Positions 1 to 8,524 of a stretch of DNA of 57,344 bases are shown piece after piece (the stretch's first letter is position 1; the number at the start of each line of letters is the position of its first letter). The translations under genes and the position numbers were made by a program. The DNA comes from a virus (lineage: Duplodnaviria > Caudoviricetes). Below the pieces are notes generated by a model. That model saw nothing but the letters and a program-made list of their open reading frames with translations, was not told the DNA's origin and did no database searches. The stretch covers positions 1 through 57,344 of the IMG/VR virus record IMGVR_UViG_3300018410_000010; one strand, 5' to 3'.

Positions 1-272
1 GTAACTTGGTCTCGTATTTCTAAACCAAACTTGGATAGGAAATCACCTTCGCCTTCAAACCCATCTACATTCTTAACATAAGCTTCGAACTCGTACTTCT
101 CGTCATAGAAAGGCATATCATCTTCATTGAAGACTTCGTCTCTGTTGTTAAATTCTCCAGAAATATATGTAACATCAAGACCATAGATCTTAATCGATTC
201 AATTACTAAATCATCAATTAAGTTCTGTTCGTTGAAGTTATTATAATTTCTAAAGTACGCGCTAGTGGCCAT
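1..272 (-). CDS. gp14: Neck protein gp14 (partial, runs off window start)
   Basis: ATG at 272, 4 nt after the gp13 stop. Manual translation MATSAYFRNYNNFNEQNLIDDLVIESIKIYGLDVTYI...YVKNVDGFEGEGDFLSKFGLEIRDQV matches the T4-like gp14 N-terminus; syntenic with gp13. Confidence 0.9.
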   Translation of the reverse strand, partial: MATSAYFRNYNNFNEQNLIDDLVIESIKIYGLDVTYISGEFNNRDEVFNEDDMPFYDEKYEFEAYVKNVDGFEGEGDFLSKFGLEIRDQV

Positions 273-275
273 ATT

Positions 276-1019
276 TTATCCAATAAAGTTATATGTGAGA
301 GGTTGTAAATTTTGTACTGCTTCCTCTTCCATTGCTCTTCTTTCTTCTCTTGCTTCGGCTAAGATCTGCTCTCCATTGAACTGAACACCACCAACAAGCT
401 GCATTCCTGTAAATTTAGTTAAATTTAAACCCCATTGCTCTCTAATCAATACTGCTGCATAATTTTGCAGCCAACGATCTTCCCAAACATCTGAATATGC
501 ATCTGGATCAATCACATCATATGCTTCAATAATAATATAATGACCTTCTACCCAGTGAGAAATATCCGTATCTACATATAATCTATTCACATGTTTGTTG
601 TAACGAATCATAGGTTTACCTACAAGAATTTCTTGCATAAACTCAATATGCTGCATTGTCATGTAGTAGTGTTGAAGATTATAGTTTGTTAAATCGGTTA
701 GATTATTCAATACAAATTGATATTGAACATTAAACATACCAGTGCCAGTAGAAATTGATGTATCAAACGGAAATACTTTTGATATACCTAACAGCTTTTG
801 TGGTAAAGTAATGTAGCCGTTTTCTTTGTCTTGTTCTGTAATTTGATGCTTTAAGTAAATAAGTTGACTGCCATTATAATGATAATCACGCCAATATGAA
901 ATAGCCTCATCTATGCGATCATCTATTTGCTCTTCAGCTACGTTGATCTCGATAACCGGCGCACCGATTTTTCGGAGAACGTAATCTGTAAATTCTTCTC
1001 TTGATTGTGGTTGTGCCAT
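276..1019 (-). CDS. gp13: Neck protein gp13
   Basis: Motifs LRKIGAPVIEINVAEEQIDDRIDEA and QWGLNLTKFTGMQLVGGVQFNG are typical of T4-like gp13; lies upstream of gp14. Confidence 0.92.
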   Translation of the reverse strand: MAQPQSREEFTDYVLRKIGAPVIEINVAEEQIDDRIDEAISYWRDYHYNGSQLIYLKHQITEQDKENGYITLPQKLLGISKVFPFDTSISTGTGMFNVQYQFVLNNLTDLTNYNLQHYYMTMQHIEFMQEILVGKPMIRYNKHVNRLYVDTDISHWVEGHYIIIEAYDVIDPDAYSDVWEDRWLQNYAAVLIREQWGLNLTKFTGMQLVGGVQFNGEQILAEAREERRAMEEEAVQNLQPLTYNFIG

Positions 1020-1351
1020 TATGCTATCTCATCTTTTACGATTACACGAATGTAACCTGTGTTTGGGAAAGTCTCTATCTGGCCATTATTATATTCAATT
1101 TGAAACTCAGCATTATGAATGCCAGTGTTTGAAGTATCACCGCTTTGCCATTGGTAAGCAACTATTCCTTTAGCACCGTTAACGACAGAACCGATACCAT
1201 TTTCTACTAAGATAGTACCTTGTTCGCTTTTCATATGAAACTTTACAGTAGAAGTGTCGGCCATAGATTTGACTCTGCCATTAGAATCTGTAAGAACAGC
1301 TTCAATGGTTGGTGCAGTATCATTTTGTTTTATATAGAAGCTTGCAGCCAT
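1019..1351 (-). CDS. Small virion protein, BppU N-terminal-like Ig-fold domain
   Basis: Pattern FYIKQNDT..P....L..YQWQSGDT...AEFQIEY..G.IETFP..GYI; its stop overlaps the gp13 start. Confidence 0.6.
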   Translation of the reverse strand: MAASFYIKQNDTAPTIEAVLTDSNGRVKSMADTSTVKFHMKSEQGTILVENGIGSVVNGAKGIVAYQWQSGDTSNTGIHNAEFQIEYNNGQIETFPNTGYIRVIVKDEIA

Positions 1352-1385
1352 TGTTTTCTCCGGATTTTACTTTTATTTATTTGTT

Positions 1386-1967
1386 TTAGATAATTTCAGC
1401 AAAGCCTATACCATTGCTTACAAGTTTAACGCCGTTGCTTTCTATTTTAATATTTGTACCATTATATTCTGGGCCCGTAAATCTAATTCCATTAGCGCCA
1501 TATCTATCGTAGATATGAGTATCCCAGTTTAATCCTTTACCAGCTAATGAAAAGCTCGTTGCAACTGAAACAGGGCCTTCTGAAAATACATAAATGTTTG
1601 TAGTAGATGGAAATTCAAGTAAAAGATCTGCATAGGCATGAGTAGTTACATAGCCAGGAACAGTATCTAATGCAAAATCAATAGAATTATTTGCATCTAA
1701 ATATCTTTGTACACCAAATTGAATAGTACCAGATACACTAAAACTAGTACTTAAATCGGTGGCTGACGCATACAGCGTGGGTGTTTCTATTAAAGACGTA
1801 CCTATAAGTGGTAATGTATATGGCTGTAATTCACCATAGATAGGTAATACGCCGGTGATCGATGTAATAGTATCAATTTGTACGGACAACGGCCCTTTTA
1901 CAGATACTACAGCACCAGCAATAAAATTAAAGTCTAATGTAGATGTAAATGCGCCATTAGCAGACAT
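1386..1967 (-). CDS. Hypothetical beta-rich virion protein
   Basis: 193-aa ORF rich in Thr/Ser/Gly, within the late operon, AAGGA RBS. Confidence 0.6.
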   Translation of the reverse strand: MSANGAFTSTLDFNFIAGAVVSVKGPLSVQIDTITSITGVLPIYGELQPYTLPLIGTSLIETPTLYASATDLSTSFSVSGTIQFGVQRYLDANNSIDFALDTVPGYVTTHAYADLLLEFPSTTNIYVFSEGPVSVATSFSLAGKGLNWDTHIYDRYGANGIRFTGPEYNGTNIKIESNGVKLVSNGIGFAEII

Positions 1968-1984
1968 GGGGCTTGTCCTTTAAA

Positions 1985-2392
1985 TTATGCCCCACCTGCC
2001 GTAATGGTAAATGCAGTAATGTTGATTTGCTGACCTGTTGCAATATTAGTATTATCTAATTGCATATCACCACCTGCACCTGTTGCAGTCACTGTTCCTT
2101 GCATATGACATACTGTACCGTCAGATTGGTGCATACGGAAATAGCTTGCTGTACCCGAAGCATCTGCAGAAAGATCCTGCCATGTGCCAGATAAAGTGAT
2201 TTGGCCGCTTACTGGATTGTTAAACCAATCGGATGGTAAAATCATAGTAGCAAGAACAGTACCGGTATTTGCAGTAGCGCAATCTGATGGGACTGCTCCT
2301 GAGTGTACTGTTAAAATAGGTGAAGCACCAACAGTGGTTTCAATGGCTTGCAAGGTTCCGTTTCTTACATCCGTTGATAGTTGAAAAGCCAT
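1985..2392 (-). CDS. Conserved phage virion/tail-associated protein
   Basis: 135 aa, ADASGTASYFR...QGTVTATGAGGDMQLDNTNIATGQ pattern; AGGAG RBS; late promoter upstream. Confidence 0.65.
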   Translation of the reverse strand: MAFQLSTDVRNGTLQAIETTVGASPILTVHSGAVPSDCATANTGTVLATMILPSDWFNNPVSGQITLSGTWQDLSADASGTASYFRMHQSDGTVCHMQGTVTATGAGGDMQLDNTNIATGQQINITAFTITAGGA

Positions 2393-2428
2393 CTTATTCT
2401 CCTTTGATTAAAGACAAATTATTTTAGA

Positions 2429-2436
2429 TATTTATA
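2429..2436 (-). promoter_or_regulatory. T4-type late promoter TATAAATA
   Basis: Exact TATTTATA on + strand, intergenic, ~37 nt upstream of the 2392 start. Confidence 0.75.
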
Positions 2437-2445
2437 AAAAAAGAG

Positions 2446-2473
2446 TTGACAATAATCTGGACGATGGTATAAT
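2446..2473 (+). promoter_or_regulatory. Consensus sigma70-type promoter, antisense to late genes
   Basis: TTGACA (2446-2451), 16-nt spacer, TG-n-TATAAT (2468-2473). Confidence 0.55.
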
Positions 2474-2497
2474 AGATTTATCTACTACAAAATAATA

Positions 2498-3259
2498 TTA
2501 GTTTCTTCTCTCAATATCATCTTCAGACAGCATGTCACCCATCCAAACTTCAATTACTTTACAAGGATAGTTGCCGACGTTTGTCGCTTTATGCCACGAT
2601 TTCTTGGGAATGTCGATGCTTTCGCCAGATTTGTAAACTTTCGATGTTTTATAACCATTGCTAAATTCAAGAGACATTTCTAAATTACCGTCAACAATAT
2701 GCCAATGCTCAGATCTTGCAAAATGTCTTTGATCGCTTAATGATTTACCAGGATCAATAGTAAGTTCTTTTACTTTCCAATGTCCATTTTGATCTAGATC
2801 TTTGTATCTACCCCACAATCTCTCTGTTGTTGGTTTATCCCATTCGGATAGAATCCAAGAAGAGCTATTCTTTTTATCCTCTCCTCCTACGCCAAACACA
2901 AAGTTTACATCATCAAATACCATTTCTGGTATGTTTTCTTTTGTGCGATCACCACCATTTGCAAAAATGATTTCAGAATTATTGGGAAAATACTCTTTAA
3001 TATGCCGAATAGCATCAATGGCTGAATCATCATCGTCATTAAAATCAAAGGCATAACCTACTGATTTAATATTATGGACAATATCTTTACGTTCCTCCCA
3101 AGGCATAAATGGCTTACCTTTTTTACGAGTTAACCATGCATCACTATTTACACCTACACAAAGAATATCACCAAGTTCTTTTGCTGCATTAAAATAAGCA
3201 ATATGTCCAGAATGTAGAGGATCGAATCCTCCTGTAACAATAACAACTCTCATTCCCAT
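2498..3259 (-). CDS. Cytidylyltransferase (HIGH family) fused to a cupin / type II mannose-6-phosphate isomerase-like domain
   Basis: TGGFDPLHSGH, VGVNSD, FANGGDR, GVGG..K.NSSS; C-terminal SLSDQRH..RSEHW...WH...EDDIER. Start placed at ATG 3259 (TAATG overlap, GGAG RBS) rather than 3286. Confidence 0.85.
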   Translation of the reverse strand: MGMRVVIVTGGFDPLHSGHIAYFNAAKELGDILCVGVNSDAWLTRKKGKPFMPWEERKDIVHNIKSVGYAFDFNDDDDSAIDAIRHIKEYFPNNSEIIFANGGDRTKENIPEMVFDDVNFVFGVGGEDKKNSSSWILSEWDKPTTERLWGRYKDLDQNGHWKVKELTIDPGKSLSDQRHFARSEHWHIVDGNLEMSLEFSNGYKTSKVYKSGESIDIPKKSWHKATNVGNYPCKVIEVWMGDMLSEDDIERRN

Positions 3260-4518
3260 TAAACTTCTCCCATCATATAATCCCAAGCAAAGTTTACTTG
3301 ATTTGCAGTTTTCATTTGTGGATTATTATTTGCAATATTTGGATGAACCCACCAATCTTCATAAGGAGACTTGGGATCAACAGCAACATTTGGTACTAAT
3401 AATATATATCCAATTTGCTTAAGTATCTTTCTTGATTCGTCTCTAAACTCTTCACCCCACCAAATAGCATTGTGCTGAAATTGTATTACATTAAATTCGT
3501 GTTTATCAAATGGAATGTTCTTTAAACAATCTAAAGATGCGTGTTCTGCATTAATTCTTAAAAAGTCAATTTGTTGTTCAAAGCAATTTTGTTTAAACAA
3601 CGCTGTGTAATCTTGATTTGCGCCATCAGCTAAAATAACCGGTGTCTTTCTTTCTCTAGAAAATATATGACACATACGTTCGCTATTATCTAGAGATATA
3701 CCTTTCCAATTAAACTTTTCTTCAAGCAATTTTGTATTATTGTAAAGCTTAGGATGACCAGATCCTATTTCAATGAAAGTACCATTTTTCTTTCCATCTA
3801 AACAAGACAATACAAACATATCTTGAAAATGTCTTGAATAGTTACGGTCTACTGATTCTATTCCATTAAATTTAAATTTATACATATCCCAGTCAACATG
3901 ATGATAAGTTAATGTGCTAGGATAGCCGTGCCATTTATCTAATAATTCGGTAGCTTCTGCATCTAATTCTGCTGATAAGTTATTTTTATATTTTAAATTA
4001 AATGCTAAATTCTTTGAAGAGTCTCTACCGTCAGTTTTCCACTTAGCTTTTGCATATAATAAACGCAAAGCATTCTCGCCCGGATACTTTAAATCATTAT
4101 CTGGGGGATCAAGCGCTGGAATATCTGATACTGATGATTCGATATGAGAAATACCAATAGCAGCATACATCATGCTTTCTCGCCAATCATCTCTTTCTTG
4201 TTTAAATTTAGATAAGAAATAGTAAGCCTCTGGTCTTTCAGGCATTGTTTCAATGGCAATTTTAAGTAAGCCTTCTGTGCTATGATTACGATTTTCATTA
4301 CGATCATAGATGAATGCGCCGAGAATCATAGACTTATATTGAATCCAACGCTCACCGTATTCGTCCTCATTCGCCATGTCAGCAGCTCTAAGATACCAAC
4401 TAAAAGCGCCAGCACCCTGTTCTAAGCGATCGTATTCTCGTGCTAACTTATAGATTTTATATGGATTCTGGTAGTCAAGCACCACATCATTTAAAAGATT
4501 CATATTTGTAAATTTCAT
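3259..4518 (-). CDS. TPR-like domain plus FkbM-like SAM methyltransferase domain
   Basis: Helical N-terminus with PERPEAYY; C-terminal QDMFVLSCLDGKKNGTFIEIGS...NNTKLLE..FNWKGISLD...YEDWWVHP. Confidence 0.7.
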   Translation of the reverse strand: MKFTNMNLLNDVVLDYQNPYKIYKLAREYDRLEQGAGAFSWYLRAADMANEDEYGERWIQYKSMILGAFIYDRNENRNHSTEGLLKIAIETMPERPEAYYFLSKFKQERDDWRESMMYAAIGISHIESSVSDIPALDPPDNDLKYPGENALRLLYAKAKWKTDGRDSSKNLAFNLKYKNNLSAELDAEATELLDKWHGYPSTLTYHHVDWDMYKFKFNGIESVDRNYSRHFQDMFVLSCLDGKKNGTFIEIGSGHPKLYNNTKLLEEKFNWKGISLDNSERMCHIFSRERKTPVILADGANQDYTALFKQNCFEQQIDFLRINAEHASLDCLKNIPFDKHEFNVIQFQHNAIWWGEEFRDESRKILKQIGYILLVPNVAVDPKSPYEDWWVHPNIANNNPQMKTANQVNFAWDYMMGEV

Positions 4519-5561
4519 TATTCAGTATCCGTTAAAAATTGCAAAAACACACTTTGGGGAATTCTTAAGATAAAACTCGCGTTGTCTTGAAAACCAAAAG
4601 AAACCAAAATATCATCTCCAAGTATCGTCATGCCAGTCACAAATTCAATGTTATAATCTGTGTTTGTTACATGATCCCAATATGTACCAAGAAAATGAAA
4701 CTTGCGTGAAGCATGAATTAAATTCCAATCATTATCCCAAATTATGACACGGTGGCCATAATCACCATCTTTACGACCGAATGGATCTCTAAGAAGATTT
4801 GTTTCATGAATAAAAGCCATGCGCTGATTATCATTAATTCGTAGAACTTGAGAACCGCCTCTAAAGTCTTTTGCGAAAGGTTTACGTTCACCTTCATCTA
4901 CAAAGACTTCAGTTGTTGTGCCTTCTTCAATGTCAAATTGAACAACTTGAGTTGGGTTACACCATTTAACAAAATGATATGGCATATCCAAAATAGGCAT
5001 CCAATTCTTTTCACAATAGCTTCCGTCATTTCCTGGTGCGGGAATTGGATGTCGAGAAAGTTCCTGCCATTCTTGAGCTTCTTCATTAAACTCTATATGA
5101 CAAAGCTCCATTCTTCCTTTACCTTTATCATCATAGCAATCTCTACGAACTCCACAAAGGTACAATTTACCATCCCACTCGAATAAACGAGCATCTTCTA
5201 ATCCAATAAAATTCCAAGTTGGATCAGTATCTAATTTCATGTTAACACGTCCGGCACTGACGAGATTTAAGTTCCCGTCAAGTTCACACATTACATTGTG
5301 AGTTCTAAGTGTTACGTCGTTTTCAGGATGAATATAGACAAGCGGTCCCCACTGATGGGGGAACTTTTTTCCTTCACTATGATAGAGAATATAGTTTACG
5401 TGTCTAACGTTTATAAGAATCTTTCCATCATGTATAAAGATAGATGGATTCATAATTCCTGTTTCATTACCTAAAACAGATTTTGGTAATAAAATAGGAT
5501 GTAGCGATCCGCCTCTTTTTAAAGCGTAGGTCGCAAGACCACCCATATGCAAATCGTGCAT
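4518..5561 (-). CDS. Five-bladed beta-propeller glycosidase/phosphorylase-like protein (GH130/GH43-like)
   Basis: Motifs MNPSI, GLEDARLF, EKNWMP, FRGGS, IEFVTGM, SFGFQD. Confidence 0.65.
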   Translation of the reverse strand: MHDLHMGGLATYALKRGGSLHPILLPKSVLGNETGIMNPSIFIHDGKILINVRHVNYILYHSEGKKFPHQWGPLVYIHPENDVTLRTHNVMCELDGNLNLVSAGRVNMKLDTDPTWNFIGLEDARLFEWDGKLYLCGVRRDCYDDKGKGRMELCHIEFNEEAQEWQELSRHPIPAPGNDGSYCEKNWMPILDMPYHFVKWCNPTQVVQFDIEEGTTTEVFVDEGERKPFAKDFRGGSQVLRINDNQRMAFIHETNLLRDPFGRKDGDYGHRVIIWDNDWNLIHASRKFHFLGTYWDHVTNTDYNIEFVTGMTILGDDILVSFGFQDNASFILRIPQSVFLQFLTDTE

Positions 5562-5603
5562 GTCACCTCCATAATATAAAACAGTGATATAATACTATAT
5601 ATC

Positions 5604-5933
5604 TTACCAGCTCGGCTTCACGGTGCGAGTTCTGTTTCTTTCAAGTTTAGTTGCAAGTTGTTCATTAATTCTTTCGAGGTCTTTTGAGCTTACGCTGTTT
5701 GTCACCCACTCAAGAGCCATCGCATTAGTTACGTCAATTAAAGCAACAAAGTCAGCGGCCGCTGTGTTAGCAGCCGACAACTTAGTATTACCTACATAAC
5801 TAGCAATTGTTCCATCCGTGTCTTCGACAATGCGTTTCCACTTAATACTCACAATAGAGTTTTCTAAGAGAGTTCCCTCGTGATTCAGCTCGTCTTGCAA
5901 ATCGAGCTTCATTATTTGCCAAGTATAAGTCAC
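5604..5933 (-). CDS. Small tail-fibre-associated phage protein
   Basis: TYTW...V..IKW......DG...DFVAL.DVT...ALEWV pattern; paralogous to 5949-6362. Confidence 0.6.
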   Translation of the reverse strand: MTYTWQIMKLDLQDELNHEGTLLENSIVSIKWKRIVEDTDGTIASYVGNTKLSAANTAAADFVALIDVTNAMALEWVTNSVSSKDLERINEQLATKLERNRTRTVKPSW

Positions 5934-5948
5934 GGTGCGTTTCCTTTA

Positions 5949-6362
5949 TTATTCACCAGCTGGTGCTGGATCGTCTGCTGCTGGTGCATCTTCAGGAAGA
6001 GTTGGTGTAACGTCATCAGGTGCCCAAGGCATCGCGCGATCTTGAATAAGGTCTTGCTGGATCATGCGCTGAATTTGCTCTTCGATGTGAGCCTTATAAC
6101 TAGCATCACCATCTACTACAGCTTGAATCCACCCAATAACAGTTTCTTCAACTAGATCTTCAAAAGCTACGAATGCTCCTTCTGATACGGTAGCTGCTGA
6201 AAATGGTGTTGCTCCAGAAAATTCACCTGTGTTTCCGTCTGAGTCCGTTCCTGTGACTTTCCAATAAGTTTGGCATACTGCGTTTGGCAAAGTAACGCCT
6301 TCTGAATTTACTTCATCTTTTACTCTAAGATTAGTAACTTCGTATGATAATGTAAGAGCCAT
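5949..6362 (-). CDS. Small tail-fibre-associated phage protein (paralog of 5604-5933)
   Basis: Shares DE.N.EG..L.N......W.....D.DG....FVA..DL.....I.W with the neighbour; ends in a MPW motif; GGAG RBS. Confidence 0.65.
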   Translation of the reverse strand: MALTLSYEVTNLRVKDEVNSEGVTLPNAVCQTYWKVTGTDSDGNTGEFSGATPFSAATVSEGAFVAFEDLVEETVIGWIQAVVDGDASYKAHIEEQIQRMIQQDLIQDRAMPWAPDDVTPTLPEDAPAADDPAPAGE

Positions 6363-6408
6363 TATTTTTTCTCCGTTTAGTTAACTAAGTTGTAGGTTCA
6401 TGTAAGTC

Positions 6409-6416
6409 TATTTATA
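6409..6416 (-). promoter_or_regulatory. T4-type late promoter TATAAATA
   Basis: Exact motif, intergenic, upstream of the 6362 start. Confidence 0.75.
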
Positions 6417-6419
6417 TAT

Positions 6420-6977
6420 TTACTGTCTATGCAAATATAAATCGACCGGTATACAAATTCTAAGGCTAGAAAGATAAGGATTTACGCAATGATATGCAAA
6501 GCTTGGAAATATCATATAGTCACCAGTTTTTGGCGCATGAATATGGTTTTGAAACAAAGAAAAAAACCAATCATCATATCCTCTATTACAATTCGATCTA
6601 GGATCTGAAAATACTATTTCGCCTCCTACGTCTTTTTCTTCTACCATAATGTAAAATACTCCAGACAATTGAGAACCAGAATGATTATGATTTGACATAC
6701 TATAGTACTTACCATGTCCGGTAATCCAAGCTTTCATCTCATAACTATCATAATCTGAAATTCTTTTACCAATTGTATTTATAAGATATTCATCAAATTT
6801 ATTATAAACTACTTTTTTAAACTTTTCCATTGTGGAATGTTTATCAGCAAAAATACTGTTTCCATCTACGCCGGGTCTTGAGCTTAAATCATAGTTAGAA
6901 AAAATATATTCGACTAAGCCTTCTACTTCAAAATTACCAGAGCCAAACATAGTCGGCCATAAAGCATCCATTTTCAT
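6420..6977 (-). CDS. 2OG-Fe(II) oxygenase (phage HxH type)
   Basis: HNHSGSQLSGVFY...GGEIVFSDPR...P.TGDYMIFPSFAYHCVNP...RI. Confidence 0.85.
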   Translation of the reverse strand: MKMDALWPTMFGSGNFEVEGLVEYIFSNYDLSSRPGVDGNSIFADKHSTMEKFKKVVYNKFDEYLINTIGKRISDYDSYEMKAWITGHGKYYSMSNHNHSGSQLSGVFYIMVEEKDVGGEIVFSDPRSNCNRGYDDWFFSLFQNHIHAPKTGDYMIFPSFAYHCVNPYLSSLRICIPVDLYLHRQ

Positions 6978-7001
6978 ATTTCACCTCATCATATATAAAC
7001 C

Positions 7002-7009
7002 TATTTATA
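7002..7009 (-). promoter_or_regulatory. T4-type late promoter TATAAATA
   Basis: Exact motif 25 nt upstream of the 6977 start, in the divergent intergenic region. Confidence 0.7.
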
Positions 7010-7021
7010 GGATTTTTACAG

Positions 7022-7055
7022 TTGACATTTTCATCTGAATGTGTTACTATAAATA
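7022..7055 (+). promoter_or_regulatory. Overlapping sigma70 promoter and late promoter for the + strand operon
   Basis: TTGACA (7022-7027), 17 nt, TG-n-TACTAT (7045-7050), overlapping TATAAATA (7048-7055), 23 nt before ATG 7079. Confidence 0.75.
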
Positions 7056-7078
7056 TAGATTATTAAGATAGGATTAGA

Positions 7079-7537
7079 ATGACATTTGACCAATTTGAAG
7101 CTTACTTGTTATCCGAAGCTTGTTATCAAAATCATGACGTCTCTATTATCGATCATCAACAATTGCAGCACTATATAAAAGCAAACGACTTTATAGAATA
7201 CAACGCTTTGATGTCTAGCCATTTAGCTCAAGGTGTAGTCACTATTAAAGTAGAGCAAATGGAGCGCTATTGGGAGTTCGATGATAGAACAATTCATGCT
7301 TTCTATAATCCAAAAAATGGTCCAACATTTCCTGAACATACTGACGATGTAGATGTTATTATCGAATGTAAAGATGGAATTAAAAATATGGAAGTAGACG
7401 GTAAAGAAATTGCATTGCAACCGGGTGATAAGTTGATTATATCAAAGGGAACAATGCACAAAGCATTAAATTATGAAAAGGCATTAATGGCATCACATGG
7501 GATTGGCGACACAGCGTCACTTGAGCGTTTACGTTAA
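7079..7537 (+). CDS. Cupin/JmjC-like oxygenase
   Basis: FPEHTDDVDV (HxD) ... LQPGDKLIISKGTMHKA (distal His). Confidence 0.75.
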   Translation: MTFDQFEAYLLSEACYQNHDVSIIDHQQLQHYIKANDFIEYNALMSSHLAQGVVTIKVEQMERYWEFDDRTIHAFYNPKNGPTFPEHTDDVDVIIECKDGIKNMEVDGKEIALQPGDKLIISKGTMHKALNYEKALMASHGIGDTASLERLR

Positions 7538-8522
7538 AACGACAGAGACTTGTAATTTAAACTGTTCTCACTGTTTTACTTCTGGCATTAATGGAGCAAA
7601 AATTTATTTTGATCCAGTTCGTACTGCCAATTGGGTGAATCAGCTAGACAGAGATACAATTTTTTACGAATTTCACGGGGGTGAGCCTATGCTTGCCTCC
7701 GTCGAATCTATGCGCAAATTTGTTGAACTTACAAAGGGTGAAGGTGTCGATTATGGTATGACAACAAATTTGGTGTACAAACTTACAGATGAAAAACTTG
7801 AGTTTTTTGACGACGTCTTAAATAAGAGAATTGGAACGTCTTGGGATCCTACTATACGTTTTACAAATGATAGGCAAAGAAAACTATGGGAAGATAACGT
7901 AAAACTGCTAGTTGAACGCGGCTATACAATTAAATGTTTTGTGAGTTTAAGTAAAGATGTAATTAATATGGAACCAAGAGATATTGTTTCTTATATGGAA
8001 TCTCTTGGTGTTAAAGAACTAGATTTTGAGCGTATTACTATGGATGGTAACGCTAAAGGAAAAATGTGGCCATCTAACATTGAATTAGATAAATGGTTTA
8101 TGAGATATCATAATCAAATCGAAAGTAGAGATTCTATTTTTCATGTAATTATGGAAAACATTTACGCTAAATTTGAAGATAATAATCCATCTCGTGGTAC
8201 TTGGTGTAGAGATTGCGAACAAAAACTATTGACAATTAATGCAGATGGTAGTATAGCTGGATGTCCTAATACTGCTCCTCATAAAGCATACGGGCATATC
8301 GATACTCCCGCAAAAGAAGTAATGAAATCTACTGGCCGATGTGATATTATAATTAAAGAATTAAATAGAAATCCTGCATGCTTTTCTTGTCCGGTATTTG
8401 ATGTATGTGGATCAGATTGTCATCAATTAGAGTGGGAAGGTGAAATATGCCCGTCTCCTAAGAGTTTAATGCAGCATCTGAAGGATATAAATAATGTACA
8501 TATACTTAGAATTGGAGCTTAA
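7497..8522 (+). CDS. Radical SAM/SPASM protein 1
   Basis: CNLNCSHC, FHGGEP, C..C...INADG...GC, CFSCPVFDVCGSDC (Cx2Cx5Cx3C). Confidence 0.93.
   Translation: MGLATQRHLSVYVKTTETCNLNCSHCFTSGINGAKIYFDPVRTANWVNQLDRDTIFYEFHGGEPMLASVESMRKFVELTKGEGVDYGMTTNLVYKLTDEKLEFFDDVLNKRIGTSWDPTIRFTNDRQRKLWEDNVKLLVERGYTIKCFVSLSKDVINMEPRDIVSYMESLGVKELDFERITMDGNAKGKMWPSNIELDKWFMRYHNQIESRDSIFHVIMENIYAKFEDNNPSRGTWCRDCEQKLLTINADGSIAGCPNTAPHKAYGHIDTPAKEVMKSTGRCDIIIKELNRNPACFSCPVFDVCGSDCHQLEWEGEICPSPKSLMQHLKDINNVHILRIGA
8486..8493 (+). promoter_or_regulatory. Internal late promoter TATAAATA for the 8525 gene
   Basis: Exact motif in the 3' end of rSAM1, 31 nt before ATG 8525; GGAG RBS at 8514-8517. Confidence 0.65.
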
Positions 8523-8524
8523 AA

